Shown: one piece after another, positions 20,201 through 28,025 of the stretch
How positions within the stretch are numbered: position 1 is the stretch's first letter
Layout: each line of letters opens with the position of its first letter
DNA from: Bdellovibrionales bacterium
Lineage (GTDB): Bacteria; Bdellovibrionota; Bdellovibrionia; Bdellovibrionales; JAGQZY01
Direction: 5' to 3'
NCBI GenBank assembly: GCA_964230645.1
Contig: CAXRHT010000002.1
Location: 256,001 to 320,000 of the forward strand
DNA length: 64,000 nucleotides
Notes under the pieces: model-generated
Database searches by the model: none
Told to the model about the DNA's origin: nothing
The model's input: the letters and a program-made list of their open reading frames with translations, nothing else
Translations under genes and position numbers: made by a program

Positions 20201-22473
20201 CCGATTCCAAGGGAGCCACTTACAACAAGACGGTCATTTATCAACGCATCGTCGAGCACCTGCAATTGAAAAGAATTATCCACTTCTGTGCCCTCCCCGA
20301 TCAATACTCTTCCGTTTCCGTTCCCTATAGCACGTAAGGCAATATCACCCGTCGGAGTTTCGACACTTAACATTGGTGATCCACCTTTTATTTCGAGTGC
20401 ATGCGTTGGTGCTGTGGTTCCTATACCCACCATCCCACTATTTGCGACAGTCATGGCAATTGTGTTATTTGTTTCAAAATTTAAATCGAAATTATCATTA
20501 TTCCCTACTGTCAAATTCGCACCGGTACTGTTACCACCATCTTGAAGGTATCCATTGTTGGCTACAAAGCTATCAACCTCTGATTCCGACAAAACAAAGT
20601 TGGCGCGAGTCATTTCTTTTAAATTTCCAGCATCAGAGCTGTCGCGAATTAAAAGAGAATCCGTCCCTTGCACAATGGCTTCATCAGCAGTACCTGCAAT
20701 ATCAACGTTTACCCCACTGCCGTTAACACTAATTCCACTTCCCGCTCGCACTTCAATATCATCAGCGTTCACAGTGATTCCGTTACCAGCTCCAATATCA
20801 AAGCTTCGATCAGTGGAAAGATCACCACCACCCGTTAAACCTGCACCTGCGGTTAAAGCTCTACTATCAGAAACATAATCAAGGGGCTCTTTATCAACCC
20901 AACTTAATACTCCAGCGCCGCTTGTTGAAAGAACCTGCCCGGGTGTGCCGTCAGCTACCGGAAGTGTCCAAACAAATGATGAAGGAGCAGTGATTGTGTT
21001 GGGAGCCTTAAAACCAATGTATCTTGTACCGGTGTCTTGGAAGCGAATCTCTGTGGTAACTCCACCATTGAGATCCATAACGAGATTTCCGGTCATCGAG
21101 TCACCACTCTTAGCAAGCTTTTCAGTGCTTAACTCTTCAATCCCAGCTTGCACATTTGTGGCCGTATCAACATCGCCCCCATAGGTGTTATCAAAATCTA
21201 TCTGTGAAGCATCATAGTCACCCGCAAGCGCCGAAACGTTTCCAGACCTGCCAAAAACTTGTGTCACGCCAGCGTTTACGTCTTGCCATGAAAGAATACC
21301 ACTGCCATCAGTTTGTAAATACTGACCTGGATCACCATCATTATTTGGAAGAGTGAGATTAACATTTCCACCCAATGTTGCCGGAGATTTTAAAGAAACA
21401 TATTCCGTTCCATTAGCAGAATTTTCAAGCAGACGTAGTTCCATTTCATTATTAACTTGCAGGTTACCACCTGAAATTAGACCATTGGTCACACCAATGC
21501 CTCCACCCACGGTGACATTTCCGCCAGTTGTAATTTGATCGACATTGGTGATATTTTGATTTCCCATATCAATGGGGCCAGACATTGTTCCACCGGCAGT
21601 GGGGAGTTTTGTGGTGTCATCGATAACACTTGTGATCCACTGAGTTCCATCCCAACTGATCACTTTACCGACGTCAGCACCACCAGCAAGGGAACCAATA
21701 TTTGTCGTATCAACAGCTCGGCCTCCAATATAACTTCTAGCGTGGCGTACGTTCACAGCATCTGTGTCAGCGACAGGGTTAGGATCATCGAGGTTTATTA
21801 TTTTTTGGTTGTTGTTATCAACATCGGCTGTGGGAGCTCCGGCTGAAAAGCTAGAACTTGTGCCGTCAAGGAGGGCTTGAAGTTCTGTCCAATTGGCATC
21901 GTTAAAGACAAAATCAAGATTGGTTTGGGTAAGATTAAAACCTGTGCCACTATTGATCCTTAAAAGTTCTGAGGCGGTAATACCACTCACACTGGCTGCG
22001 TTGGCTGCATAGGGGACACTGACCACATTGTGATCCTGAGCGAGAGTCACAGGACCTGAACCATCATCAAAAGTGATTCTTAATTTTCTCCCATCACTAG
22101 GGTCAGGTGTATAAGTCGGCCCCGCAACACAATCATCAGGACTTACGACTCCTGTGAAATTATTAAGAGCATTGGTAAGAGTATTTAGATCTTGGAAACT
22201 GCCATCTCCGGGTCTTGCGCCCTCTCCGACTGTAACAGCAAAAATTCCGTTGGAGTTGATCATATTGAGCGTGTGGGACTCTTCATAAAGCACACAAAGC
22301 TCAGGCTCGGGCGAAAGAATTTCGACTTGAAAGTAAACGTTGTTAGCCTCTAAGGCCTGACCGTTGGGTTTAATAATCTGACCTTGGTAGGTAAAATAGG
22401 CGGGCGCTCCCAAGGCAAATGCCGGCAACACCATGGAAAGTAGTAATATTGAAAATCTTCCTCTTACGTGCAC
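14254..22473 (-). CDS. Giant (2739 aa) phage-tail-fibre-like trimeric adhesin of the Bdellovibrio MAT type
   Basis: Signal peptide, N-terminal TYQGQIIKPNGQALE..CVLYEE domain, many GNVGIGTTxP repeats, LTLPxxDGxxGQVLxTDGSGxLSW linkers, FSFxxDxDTGIFR repeats and a Cys-rich C-terminal tip. Confidence 0.9.
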   Translation of the reverse strand: MHVRGRFSILLLSMVLPAFALGAPAYFTYQGQIIKPNGQALEANNVYFQVEILSPEPELCVLYEESHTLNMINSNGIFAVTVGEGARPGDGSFQDLNTLTNALNNFTGVVSPDDCVAGPTYTPDPSDGRKLRITFDDGSGPVTLAQDHNVVSVPYAANAASVSGITASELLRINSGTGFNLTQTNLDFVFNDANWTELQALLDGTSSSFSAGAPTADVDNNNQKIINLDDPNPVADTDAVNVRHARSYIGGRAVDTTNIGSLAGGADVGKVISWDGTQWITSVIDDTTKLPTAGGTMSGPIDMGNQNITNVDQITTGGNVTVGGGIGVTNGLISGGNLQVNNEMELRLLENSANGTEYVSLKSPATLGGNVNLTLPNNDGDPGQYLQTDGSGILSWQDVNAGVTQVFGRSGNVSALAGDYDASQIDFDNTYGGDVDTATNVQAGIEELSTEKLAKSGDSMTGNLVMDLNGGVTTEIRFQDTGTRYIGFKAPNTITAPSSFVWTLPVADGTPGQVLSTSGAGVLSWVDKEPLDYVSDSRALTAGAGLTGGGDLSTDRSFDIGAGNGITVNADDIEVRAGSGISVNGSGVNVDIAGTADEAIVQGTDSLLIRDSSDAGNLKEMTRANFVLSESEVDSFVANNGYLQDGGNSTGANLTVGNNDNFDLNFETNNTIAMTVANSGMVGIGTTAPTHALEIKGGSPMLSVETPTGDIALRAIGNGNGRVLIGEGTEVDNSFQLQVLDDALINDRLVVSGSLGIGTSTPLAPFHLTAGESFDASAGASQTGTGFLLDNRGIGASSHGSAIAWSKSDSTERRAAISSVQEGSGSDRLGIAFFTHPSTTGTNPMAEAMRIDYAGNVGIGTTSPSNRLDIQTTDDSVPLKAFNTTKNWGAVIRGRNNANTLGNHAGLLIQNDAAEGGAIGRMVSVSMGNSVSDSIGVIGTKITDSTNGYGDLLFLNNGSGGYDERMRITSDGNVGIGTIQPSSLLQVSGGVQIGDDLDACDGTKAGTLKYVGGSVSFCDGSNWEAFGTASGGEANTASTVGAGSPIFKQKSGVDFEFRSLASANTKIGVSTVADVVTLTVDEAQFDPTAIPVGTTPLTATTLQAAIAELNSDKVATSTQIISGAGLTGGGNLSTNLTLAIGAGNGINVNADDIEVAGGSGISVDGSGVNVDITNETSEAIVASGDEILIHDVSAGGLRKMTRSNFVLSSAEVEAIIADDGYLVNGGNTLGANLTTGTNDAFDLRFETNDTTRMTINSGGLIGIGTTNPLHNLHINSAVPGIRLQDSDTGAYGLIVSDNSGSIILQADDNNTNPGSDIIFQIDGSERLRLNSGGFVGVGTSSPVVALDVNTGSINAAEICDENNANCLDLSSGISGGGGDINNGGNDGIVTLGSNNNILRLESNDSTVVTVDNSGGFATLMLQDGAGAGVLTLNEATGIFDIGAFAGEDITFSNDGNESMRIQSTTQNVGIGTTAPERLLHVNGAMRLTPQAVPSSPSAGDLYFDSADSNKLKFYDGSSWVEAGGSAGGGTPAGSTGQLQFNNAGSFAATSGLSWDSASEELNISSTGFDYGLNASSTNGIAIHGSSPVIGVYGYSSASTGVYGESDTGYGVDALSLDSYAIRAQSDTSVAGYFTSNSGPAIVTGTGNVGIGTTAPAVALDVHTGSINAAEICDENNTNCLDLSSGIGGSSGDFLADGSVAMTGQFDAASGNASAPSISFAADQDSGFYRIGANELGLSLGGSLRFQFAPSGFVAGTFAGTGFMTRDGLDASTPAFSFWADSDTGIFRPASNQIGFSLGGTERLRLDANGRVGIGSTAPSELLTVNATGAGNHAVLQLQSDENPGIKLDNTTDGWIIQVEDSPGGLLPGTSSSSLVIAGTGTTEPTNQEIEMGDVGGIFATFGSTSSSVNRTLRVRGNASTAGAIRLSEDSDNGLNDVEIIAPASLANNYTLTLPVDDGDANQVLQTDGSGALSWVDPVGGSGDFLADGSVDMTGALTLRGSSYALNFAGDEDTGIFRSGSANQFRLYAGGQQRMIVSPEAIQSPTVGSWFLSTSVPSKTTPSFSFSSDVDTGIYRLGADLMSFTTAGEDRLVIDSTGNIGIGTTTPARKLHVDGPARLNPGALPGAPAAGDIAIDSGDSNKLKFFDGSSWVDTGAAGGAGYTDGDTILANVGASSTPGFSFDGDTNTGIFSPYGDAMAFSLGGNERMTIDSGSLYGWQSGSFFINLWGGGVTNPSYSFRDDDDTGVFRPAANSIGFTNGGTETLRIDPTGNLGIGTSAPARKLHINGPMRLTASTLPGSPVAGDIAVDSGDSNKLKFYDGSAWVEAGGGASGGDGHSLDSADGSEIDALFITNEGRMVLTDTSGIIAHDTTPNDLSNAYAMRTSSGLELFSFGYCANSDCSGFNSFLNIDGGASVTTSYQNFALNAGAELLLSNSGASTPAMSFSADSNTGLFNPAADNIGFSTNGSEKVRIDNTGNVGIGTTAPTALMQASEQDSTSYSSSSSSLSAPGGPSLKITNTEEADNTASFLKFEATNVYQEISTGFLGIVSDNGGADRIVLGQGMVNPFGSDYYDEQMTITRVGDVGIGTADPEAKLEVVGEVRSVDSAGDNRLWGEGRPGTQRYGTSGVEAGLCSNGSVNFGLSYTTAAWYGAQAACPQGTWVCTAAERGTGSCNTSRPDAGDDAINCMGNFVDYTSNQHRGWVADIGGYKNSGYNVYETGTTNDGLLPCNSLPVWCCSN

Positions 22474-22479
22474 CTCTTA

Positions 22480-22506
22480 TATTCGGAGTATTTGTTAAAA
22501 AACTAG
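22480..22506 (-). promoter_or_regulatory. Putative sigma28 (FliA) promoter of the fibre gene
   Basis: Minus strand reads CTAGTTTT-N11-TCCGAATA, against consensus TAAAGTTT-N11-GCCGATAA. It ends 6 nt before the GTG start. Confidence 0.5.
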
Positions 22507-22598
22507 AGGGATATTGGCCAAAATTTTGGACACTTAGCGCTTTTTTTTAACTTCGCCTGAGACTAGCCTCTTTGTGGGAAGCAGATTCAAAAAGAATC

Positions 22599-22613
22599 GT
22601 CTCATCTTGAGAC
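22599..22613. promoter_or_regulatory. TCTCA-N3-TGAGA palindrome (intergenic)
   Basis: GTCTCA-TCT-TGAGAC. Confidence 0.45.
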
Positions 22614-22643
22614 CTGAAAAGAGGAAAAGACCCTTGCCATTCT

Positions 22644-22663
22644 TGTTTTAGTGTATTAAAACA
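22644..22663 (+). promoter_or_regulatory. Putative autoregulatory operator of the YerC/TrpR-like repressor
   Basis: TGTTTTA-N6-TAAAACA palindrome downstream of a TTGCCA -35 (22634-22639) and 9 nt before the ATG. Confidence 0.6.
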
Positions 22664-22672
22664 GTAAGTCAG

Positions 22673-22969
22673 ATGCAAAAAAATCAAAACAACTCATTAA
22701 AAAGCCTAAAGCCTCTCATTAAGGCTTTTGTTAGTCTTAAAACTAACAATGAATGTGAAGACTTTCTTTACGACATCTTCACCCCTGCAGAACTGCAATC
22801 TTTGCGCGACCGTTTAGAGGTGGCTCAAAGAATCCTAAAGGGGGAAAGTTATCGCAGCATTGCCCAAGTCACTCAATGCTCTACGGCAACCATCACTCGT
22901 GTCGGTCGAACCCTTAAGTATGGTCGACAAGGGTACCAAAAGGTTCTTAAACCAATGGAGTTAAAGTAA
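22673..22969 (+). CDS. yerC: YerC/YecD family TrpR-related repressor
   Basis: FLYDIFTPAELQSLRDRLEVA..SYRSIA..STATITRVGRTLKYG. Confidence 0.9.
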   Translation: MQKNQNNSLKSLKPLIKAFVSLKTNNECEDFLYDIFTPAELQSLRDRLEVAQRILKGESYRSIAQVTQCSTATITRVGRTLKYGRQGYQKVLKPMELK

Positions 22970-22974
22970 ATCCC

Positions 22975-23571
22975 ATGTTCCCCTCTCTCATCGCTCTTAT
23001 GACTCTCTTTTTCAGTGCTACTTGTTTTGGAGCCCCCGTATGCTCCGATATTTTTAAACCAGCCCCACAAGAATTCTACGAGGCCGCTGTTTTTCCTGGC
23101 GACCCGGAATGGATGGTCTCACTTTTTGATCGCCGTATTCATGAGCAAGAATTTAAAATCTTCCCTCGTGACGAGGGTGTTATTCGTTGGCTACAAAAAA
23201 TAGCCCGCTTAAATCAGGAATACCCTATCGCTTCTCTGAGTCGCAATCGAGGTCTTATTGAGATCTCAAAGGATGTGTGGGAGCGTTTTATAAAAGAAGA
23301 TTTTAATGAAATTTTAATTCTACTCGAAGGTGTCGAGTTAGAGCGCAGTAACCGTTCCCCCAATAGGGATGTTGTATCTCAAACAAAAATTCCTTTCCTT
23401 TTTGAGGCCAATGAGGACACCACCGCCGGGGTTTATACATTGGAGCTTGAGCGTTCTGTGATCGAGTTTATGTTAAAGATGGAAGAACCCGCCTACTATT
23501 CACAGGCCATAGAAAATGGCTGGTACCGGGTGAGCCGCCGCTACACTCCTCCCCCAAGAAATCCTTACTAA
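22975..23571 (+). CDS. Secreted hypothetical protein with CxxIF motif
   Basis: Signal peptide (CFG-A) followed by PVCSDIF. GGAG RBS. Confidence 0.65.
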   Translation: MFPSLIALMTLFFSATCFGAPVCSDIFKPAPQEFYEAAVFPGDPEWMVSLFDRRIHEQEFKIFPRDEGVIRWLQKIARLNQEYPIASLSRNRGLIEISKDVWERFIKEDFNEILILLEGVELERSNRSPNRDVVSQTKIPFLFEANEDTTAGVYTLELERSVIEFMLKMEEPAYYSQAIENGWYRVSRRYTPPPRNPY

Positions 23572-25748
23572 AGGTCGATCCCAAGACGTTTACGATTCAC
23601 TTTAATCAAAATCTGGGCGGCCGCACGAGCGTCGTGCAAAGCTCTATGATGAGTTTCTAGGTCGATGTCGAGATCCCGACAGAGGTTTTTAAGACTGTAG
23701 GACTTAAAACCCGGAAGGTGTTTACGGGCTAGTCGAACTGTGCAAGCATTGGGACAAATAAAGCTTTCATTCAAACTTTGAAATTCCCTTTGTATAAAAC
23801 CATAATCAAAGCGAACATTATGGGCGACAAAAATAGCTTCACCTAAAAAGTCTAAAAACTCCTGACGAACTTCTTCAAAAAGGGGAGCCCCTTTTACCAG
23901 TTCATTACTAATGCCAGTGAGTTTGACAATGTTTTTTGGGATCAAACGCCGAGGGTCCAAAAGTGTTGTCCATTCATCCACAATTTCTAGTCCCCTCACC
24001 TTAACAGCACCAATTTCGGTGATTTTTTGCCCCGGCTTATTGCTCCCAGTGGTTTCAATGTCCACCACCACGTACTCCTGATTCTCATTGAGGCTATAAC
24101 GTGTCGTTATCACTTCTGCTTTAAAGCCCGCTTGTTCTAAGCGCTTTAATTGATGCAGTTGATTGGGGCGAATCACATCTCCCTCAGCCTTCACTTCAAT
24201 AAATTGGGCGCAACCATCTTTGTAAGCCACTAGATCCGGATAGCCCGACTTATTGTTTCTAAAATCCTGACAAATTCCTAAAAGCACTTCCTCAAGAGCT
24301 TGAGCTTCTGAGTTTTCAATCAGACGTTGAATTTTTAGATACAGTGACTTTCTCCAAATAAAAAGTGAGTTCCTCTTGCCATAGTTTTCCGTAAAGTTTT
24401 TGAGAATAAAGAGAAGGGTTTGCGAGCTTTTAATATGCTCCAGTCTTTTTTCGATCTTTTCCTTATTGTCAGTGTAAAATTTTTGATCTCTTAGTGTGGC
24501 TGGAAAAAAATCAAATTCGGTTAGCATGCCTCTGGAATTTTCACCAAAAAGTAGATCCCAGAACAAAAGTCCAAACAATCCACACCAAAGATTGTTTTCA
24601 GCTCGATCAACTGTGTATCCCCGTCTCATAAGTTCACTGCGTAAGCCCCACTCAGGCTTACCACGGTAGGCCTCATCAATTGAAATTTGAGAGGCTTGTC
24701 TAAGAACCTTTGTTTGCTGATTGAGTTTTTCACCAGAAAAGTGTCTTGCAAAAAGATTCTCGGCAAGAATCAACTCATCCCCATCTCCTGGATCTGATAA
24801 TATCTTTTTAAGAAGCTCTTTACTTTGGCTCTCTTCCTCTTCTTTGAGCAAAACTCGCACATTTTCAATTCTAGCAGGAGGCCCTGTCGCCTTGGCCAGC
24901 AGTTCTCTTTTAGCTTCAGAACTTTGATTTTTGAGCTTAGCCATTCTCAAAAGTACTTTATTGAAAAGGCGCCTTTCCGGCTCCTCTTTGGGTTCGGGCC
25001 AATTCGATATTGGATATATGTGAAGAGTGTCCTCTTTTAAAATTTCAATGTCCTTAAAAATCTTGGAGAAAAAGTAAATATTTTGAAATTTTAGAGCGGA
25101 CTCAAAACGAGGACCTCTGGAGATCTTAAAGCCAGAGGATTTGGTTACCTGAAGGTCTCGCAGTGTAAAGGCCGACATGTCTTTGCGATTGCTACCAAAA
25201 TAAAGAAACAACAATTGCTCAAACACTAACTGACGGTCGAAAATAAAACCTAAAAAATCAAGGTCTTCGTCTTGAACACTTTCTCTCATTTTTTTTAAAC
25301 GGAGAATCATAGCCTCTTTTTTTAACTGAGGAGAAAGAGACAACTGCACTCTTGCCGCTAAGATTCTAAGTTCCTCTTTTGTCATCTGAGGCAGAACAAA
25401 AAGAAAGTCCCGCGCTAGTGGCACTCTAAAAACTCCCTTTCCTAAAAGCGAGAAAAAAGCTTTTTCTGCATGAGAGATTTCTGGGTAGCTAAAATCCTTT
25501 TCAGAGAAGAAATTCTTTTTGCGGTTAAAAGCCCTAACAACAACACAGCGCTCATTCTGAGGAAGTGATAAAAAATTTCGAGCCTCTTGAAATAGTTTTT
25601 CATCAAAGTCTTTAGGATAATCTCGTAGAACCTGCTTTAATACCGCTTCGAAGTGATTGAGGTAGTAAAATTGTGGCAAGACCTTTAAAGCCCAGGGGGA
25701 AGCTTTGGTGTGGCTGCTGTTGTACTGATGAGAATCGCTATAGCTCAT
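23568..25748 (-). CDS. FAN1-like VRR-NUC nuclease fused to DEDDh (DnaQ-like) 3'-5' exonuclease
   Basis: YYLNHF N-terminus, SGYPDL..FIEVKAEGD..Q VRR-NUC motif, then VVDIETTG, AHNVRFD and HHRALHDA. Confidence 0.9.
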   Translation of the reverse strand: MSYSDSHQYNSSHTKASPWALKVLPQFYYLNHFEAVLKQVLRDYPKDFDEKLFQEARNFLSLPQNERCVVVRAFNRKKNFFSEKDFSYPEISHAEKAFFSLLGKGVFRVPLARDFLFVLPQMTKEELRILAARVQLSLSPQLKKEAMILRLKKMRESVQDEDLDFLGFIFDRQLVFEQLLFLYFGSNRKDMSAFTLRDLQVTKSSGFKISRGPRFESALKFQNIYFFSKIFKDIEILKEDTLHIYPISNWPEPKEEPERRLFNKVLLRMAKLKNQSSEAKRELLAKATGPPARIENVRVLLKEEEESQSKELLKKILSDPGDGDELILAENLFARHFSGEKLNQQTKVLRQASQISIDEAYRGKPEWGLRSELMRRGYTVDRAENNLWCGLFGLLFWDLLFGENSRGMLTEFDFFPATLRDQKFYTDNKEKIEKRLEHIKSSQTLLFILKNFTENYGKRNSLFIWRKSLYLKIQRLIENSEAQALEEVLLGICQDFRNNKSGYPDLVAYKDGCAQFIEVKAEGDVIRPNQLHQLKRLEQAGFKAEVITTRYSLNENQEYVVVDIETTGSNKPGQKITEIGAVKVRGLEIVDEWTTLLDPRRLIPKNIVKLTGISNELVKGAPLFEEVRQEFLDFLGEAIFVAHNVRFDYGFIQREFQSLNESFICPNACTVRLARKHLPGFKSYSLKNLCRDLDIDLETHHRALHDARAAAQILIKVNRKRLGIDL

Positions 25749-25875
25749 AACAAAAGAAGTGTAAGTTATCTGTAAGTCTTAAGTCAAATCATGCTTTTAA
25801 TTACAAGGTCTAGTTCTCATAGAATGCGCTAAAGACTTTGAGACTTTCCGAGCAATTTCCTAAAATAAAAGCCTT

Positions 25876-26463
25876 ATGAGTGAACTCTTTAGTCCTAATG
25901 TAGATAATGTCCGTCTTGCCAATGCCACTGTTCTTACTGCCGAGGGGCAGCAAATTAAACTCGGCCAAATCTGGCAATCAAAACCAGTCATCCTTGTCTT
26001 TCTACGCCATTTTGCCTGCATTGCGTGCAGAACTCACGCCCTGGAAGTTTGGCGAGATCGGCAAGACTACCTTAAACATGGAAACATCGTTTTTATTGGC
26101 AATGGCGACGCGAGCTACATTGAAAAGTTCAAAACAGAACTCAAAATGCGAGAGGCTTTGGTACTCACAGATCCTAGCCTCGAATCTTTTCGAGCCGCCG
26201 GTTTTCACTATGGCTTTTTTTACGTCGTGCAAACGGCTACAATTAAAAACGTCGTAAAAATGTTGAGAAAAGGGCACAAGCAGGTAAGCTACACCAAAAA
26301 AGCGGGCACCCATTGGCAACTTGGTGGTGTCCTCGGAGTGAACACCAACGGTGAGGTTTTCTATCAGTACATTAGTGAGTCAATGGGAGATTTCCCGGAT
26401 AAAACTAATCTTGAACTTATAAAAGAAGACGAAAAAAAAAGGGACTCCCCTACCCTTTCTTGA
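25876..26463 (+). CDS. Peroxiredoxin-like (AhpC/TSA-2, PRXL2) protein
   Basis: FLRHFACIACR and QLGG motifs. Confidence 0.88.
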   Translation: MSELFSPNVDNVRLANATVLTAEGQQIKLGQIWQSKPVILVFLRHFACIACRTHALEVWRDRQDYLKHGNIVFIGNGDASYIEKFKTELKMREALVLTDPSLESFRAAGFHYGFFYVVQTATIKNVVKMLRKGHKQVSYTKKAGTHWQLGGVLGVNTNGEVFYQYISESMGDFPDKTNLELIKEDEKKRDSPTLS

Positions 26464-26552
26464 TGAGGCAAACGACTATCAATCTTTTTGTTGCCATCTT
26501 CTTTTCTGTTGCCTATCGTTAACCAATAACCGTTTACAATTGAGGGGACAAT

Positions 26553-27128
26553 ATGCAGCCACTGAAGTTTTTACTTCCACTTTTCTTGCTTTTAAGTTTA
26601 AACGCCAACGCCAAAGACTCCAGTGGTTTTGGCCTGTCTGTTGGTTCGGGAATTCCCTACCTGGGACAAGGGGGCGTGCATTTCCGCCTTTCTGAAAAGA
26701 TCACTTTCTATGGAGGCTACAACATTCTCTCTTTGTCCACAGGCTCTGCAAAAGCTGAGCTCACAATGCCTGAGGTTTTGGTGCAATATCACCCTTTCTC
26801 AGGATCATTTTTTGTTGGTGGGGGTCTTGGGCAAGAGGCCTTGGTAGCAACCGCTCAAGATGCAGACAGTGGCCAGGAAGTTCGCGCTGAAGTTAACGCC
26901 ACTACCGCTATTGCTAAGCTTGGCTGGATGTGGGGCGCTTCCAATGGAGGCTTTTGGTTTGGGATTGATGTTTCCTATGTGATTCCTATGAGTCCTGAAA
27001 CGACTATCACAGCCCCTGGAGTTCCTCAGAACGATCCTGATTACCAAGATGTTGAAGACGCAGCAAATCGTTTTGGGGAAACCTCTTATTTTAACTTTAC
27101 ATTTGCAAGATTGGGTTACATTTTTTAA
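26553..27128 (+). CDS. Outer-membrane beta-barrel protein
   Basis: Signal peptide, YHPF..FFVGGG, C-terminal LGYIF. Confidence 0.8.
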   Translation: MQPLKFLLPLFLLLSLNANAKDSSGFGLSVGSGIPYLGQGGVHFRLSEKITFYGGYNILSLSTGSAKAELTMPEVLVQYHPFSGSFFVGGGLGQEALVATAQDADSGQEVRAEVNATTAIAKLGWMWGASNGGFWFGIDVSYVIPMSPETTITAPGVPQNDPDYQDVEDAANRFGETSYFNFTFARLGYIF

Positions 27129-27137
27129 CGTAGAAAT

Positions 27138-28025
27138 ATGTTAAGCACCATCGTACCCCATAGCCTGAAAGAGGTGGAGTCACTCATCAGAGACTCCACA
27201 ACCTCTCTTTACGAAAATTATGGGAGTTTCAAATTATTTATTGTTCGCAAGGCCGAAATCACTAAAGACAATCTTAGTTTCTCGACTGAGACCTATATTA
27301 TCAGCAGTGAGAAAAAAGAGGTCTATTACTACGACCAAAAAAATAATAAAGTCGATAAACTTCCTAAAGCCTTTCAAAGCTTTCTAAGACGAATGGAAAA
27401 GATTTATAATAACAACCAGAAAATCATCAACACCTACTCTCATGGAGTAGAAAATCTTGAAGACTATCTCTACAATCGAACCACTCCGAGTTACTTTATG
27501 GATATGTGGTTTGACCTTAAACGAGTCCTCTCAAAACTAGAGAACTACTACTACCGCAATTCCGTGGTTTATCGTGAGTTTTTTAAAGACATGGAGGAAA
27601 TGTTTGGTGACTGGTGGGATGAATTCAAAGACATCGAAGAAAACATTAGTTTTCAGATTTCAAACATTAACACCATGATTTCACGACTGGATGGAGTCTA
27701 TAATTACTTTGAATCCATCAAAGCCGATCGGCTCAATAAAACCCTTCTCAGCTTAACGGTCATCTCGGGAATTTTTCTTCCCCTTAATCTTATCGTTGGT
27801 TTTTTTGGCATGAATACCCCAGGTCTTTATTTCCTTGAAGACAAACAGGGGACTCAAAAAGTGCTCATGATTTTAGGAGGAGTGTTACTGACTTTTCTCG
27901 TCGGTTTTAAAGTGGTAAGACTCATTGATCGATATCTGCTTCGCTTTATCCTTGGTCGCTATAACTTTTATAAAAATATCACCTCAAAGCTTGAAGACTT
28001 TAATTCTCGAATGCACGGTCGATAA
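27138..28025 (+). CDS. corA: CorA-family divalent cation transporter
   Basis: LNKTL..TVISGIFLPLNLIVGFFGMN signature. Confidence 0.88.
   Translation: MLSTIVPHSLKEVESLIRDSTTSLYENYGSFKLFIVRKAEITKDNLSFSTETYIISSEKKEVYYYDQKNNKVDKLPKAFQSFLRRMEKIYNNNQKIINTYSHGVENLEDYLYNRTTPSYFMDMWFDLKRVLSKLENYYYRNSVVYREFFKDMEEMFGDWWDEFKDIEENISFQISNINTMISRLDGVYNYFESIKADRLNKTLLSLTVISGIFLPLNLIVGFFGMNTPGLYFLEDKQGTQKVLMILGGVLLTFLVGFKVVRLIDRYLLRFILGRYNFYKNITSKLEDFNSRMHGR

Noticed and set aside
15044..21846. Many plus-strand ORFs (up to 200 aa) inside the fibre gene
   Set aside because: Antisense shadows of a Gly/Ser/Thr-rich repetitive CDS, with no recognisable motifs.
14254..22473. Prophage tail gene
   Set aside because: It has a signal peptide and a Bdellovibrio-type N-domain, and there are no capsid, terminase, integrase or other phage genes nearby.
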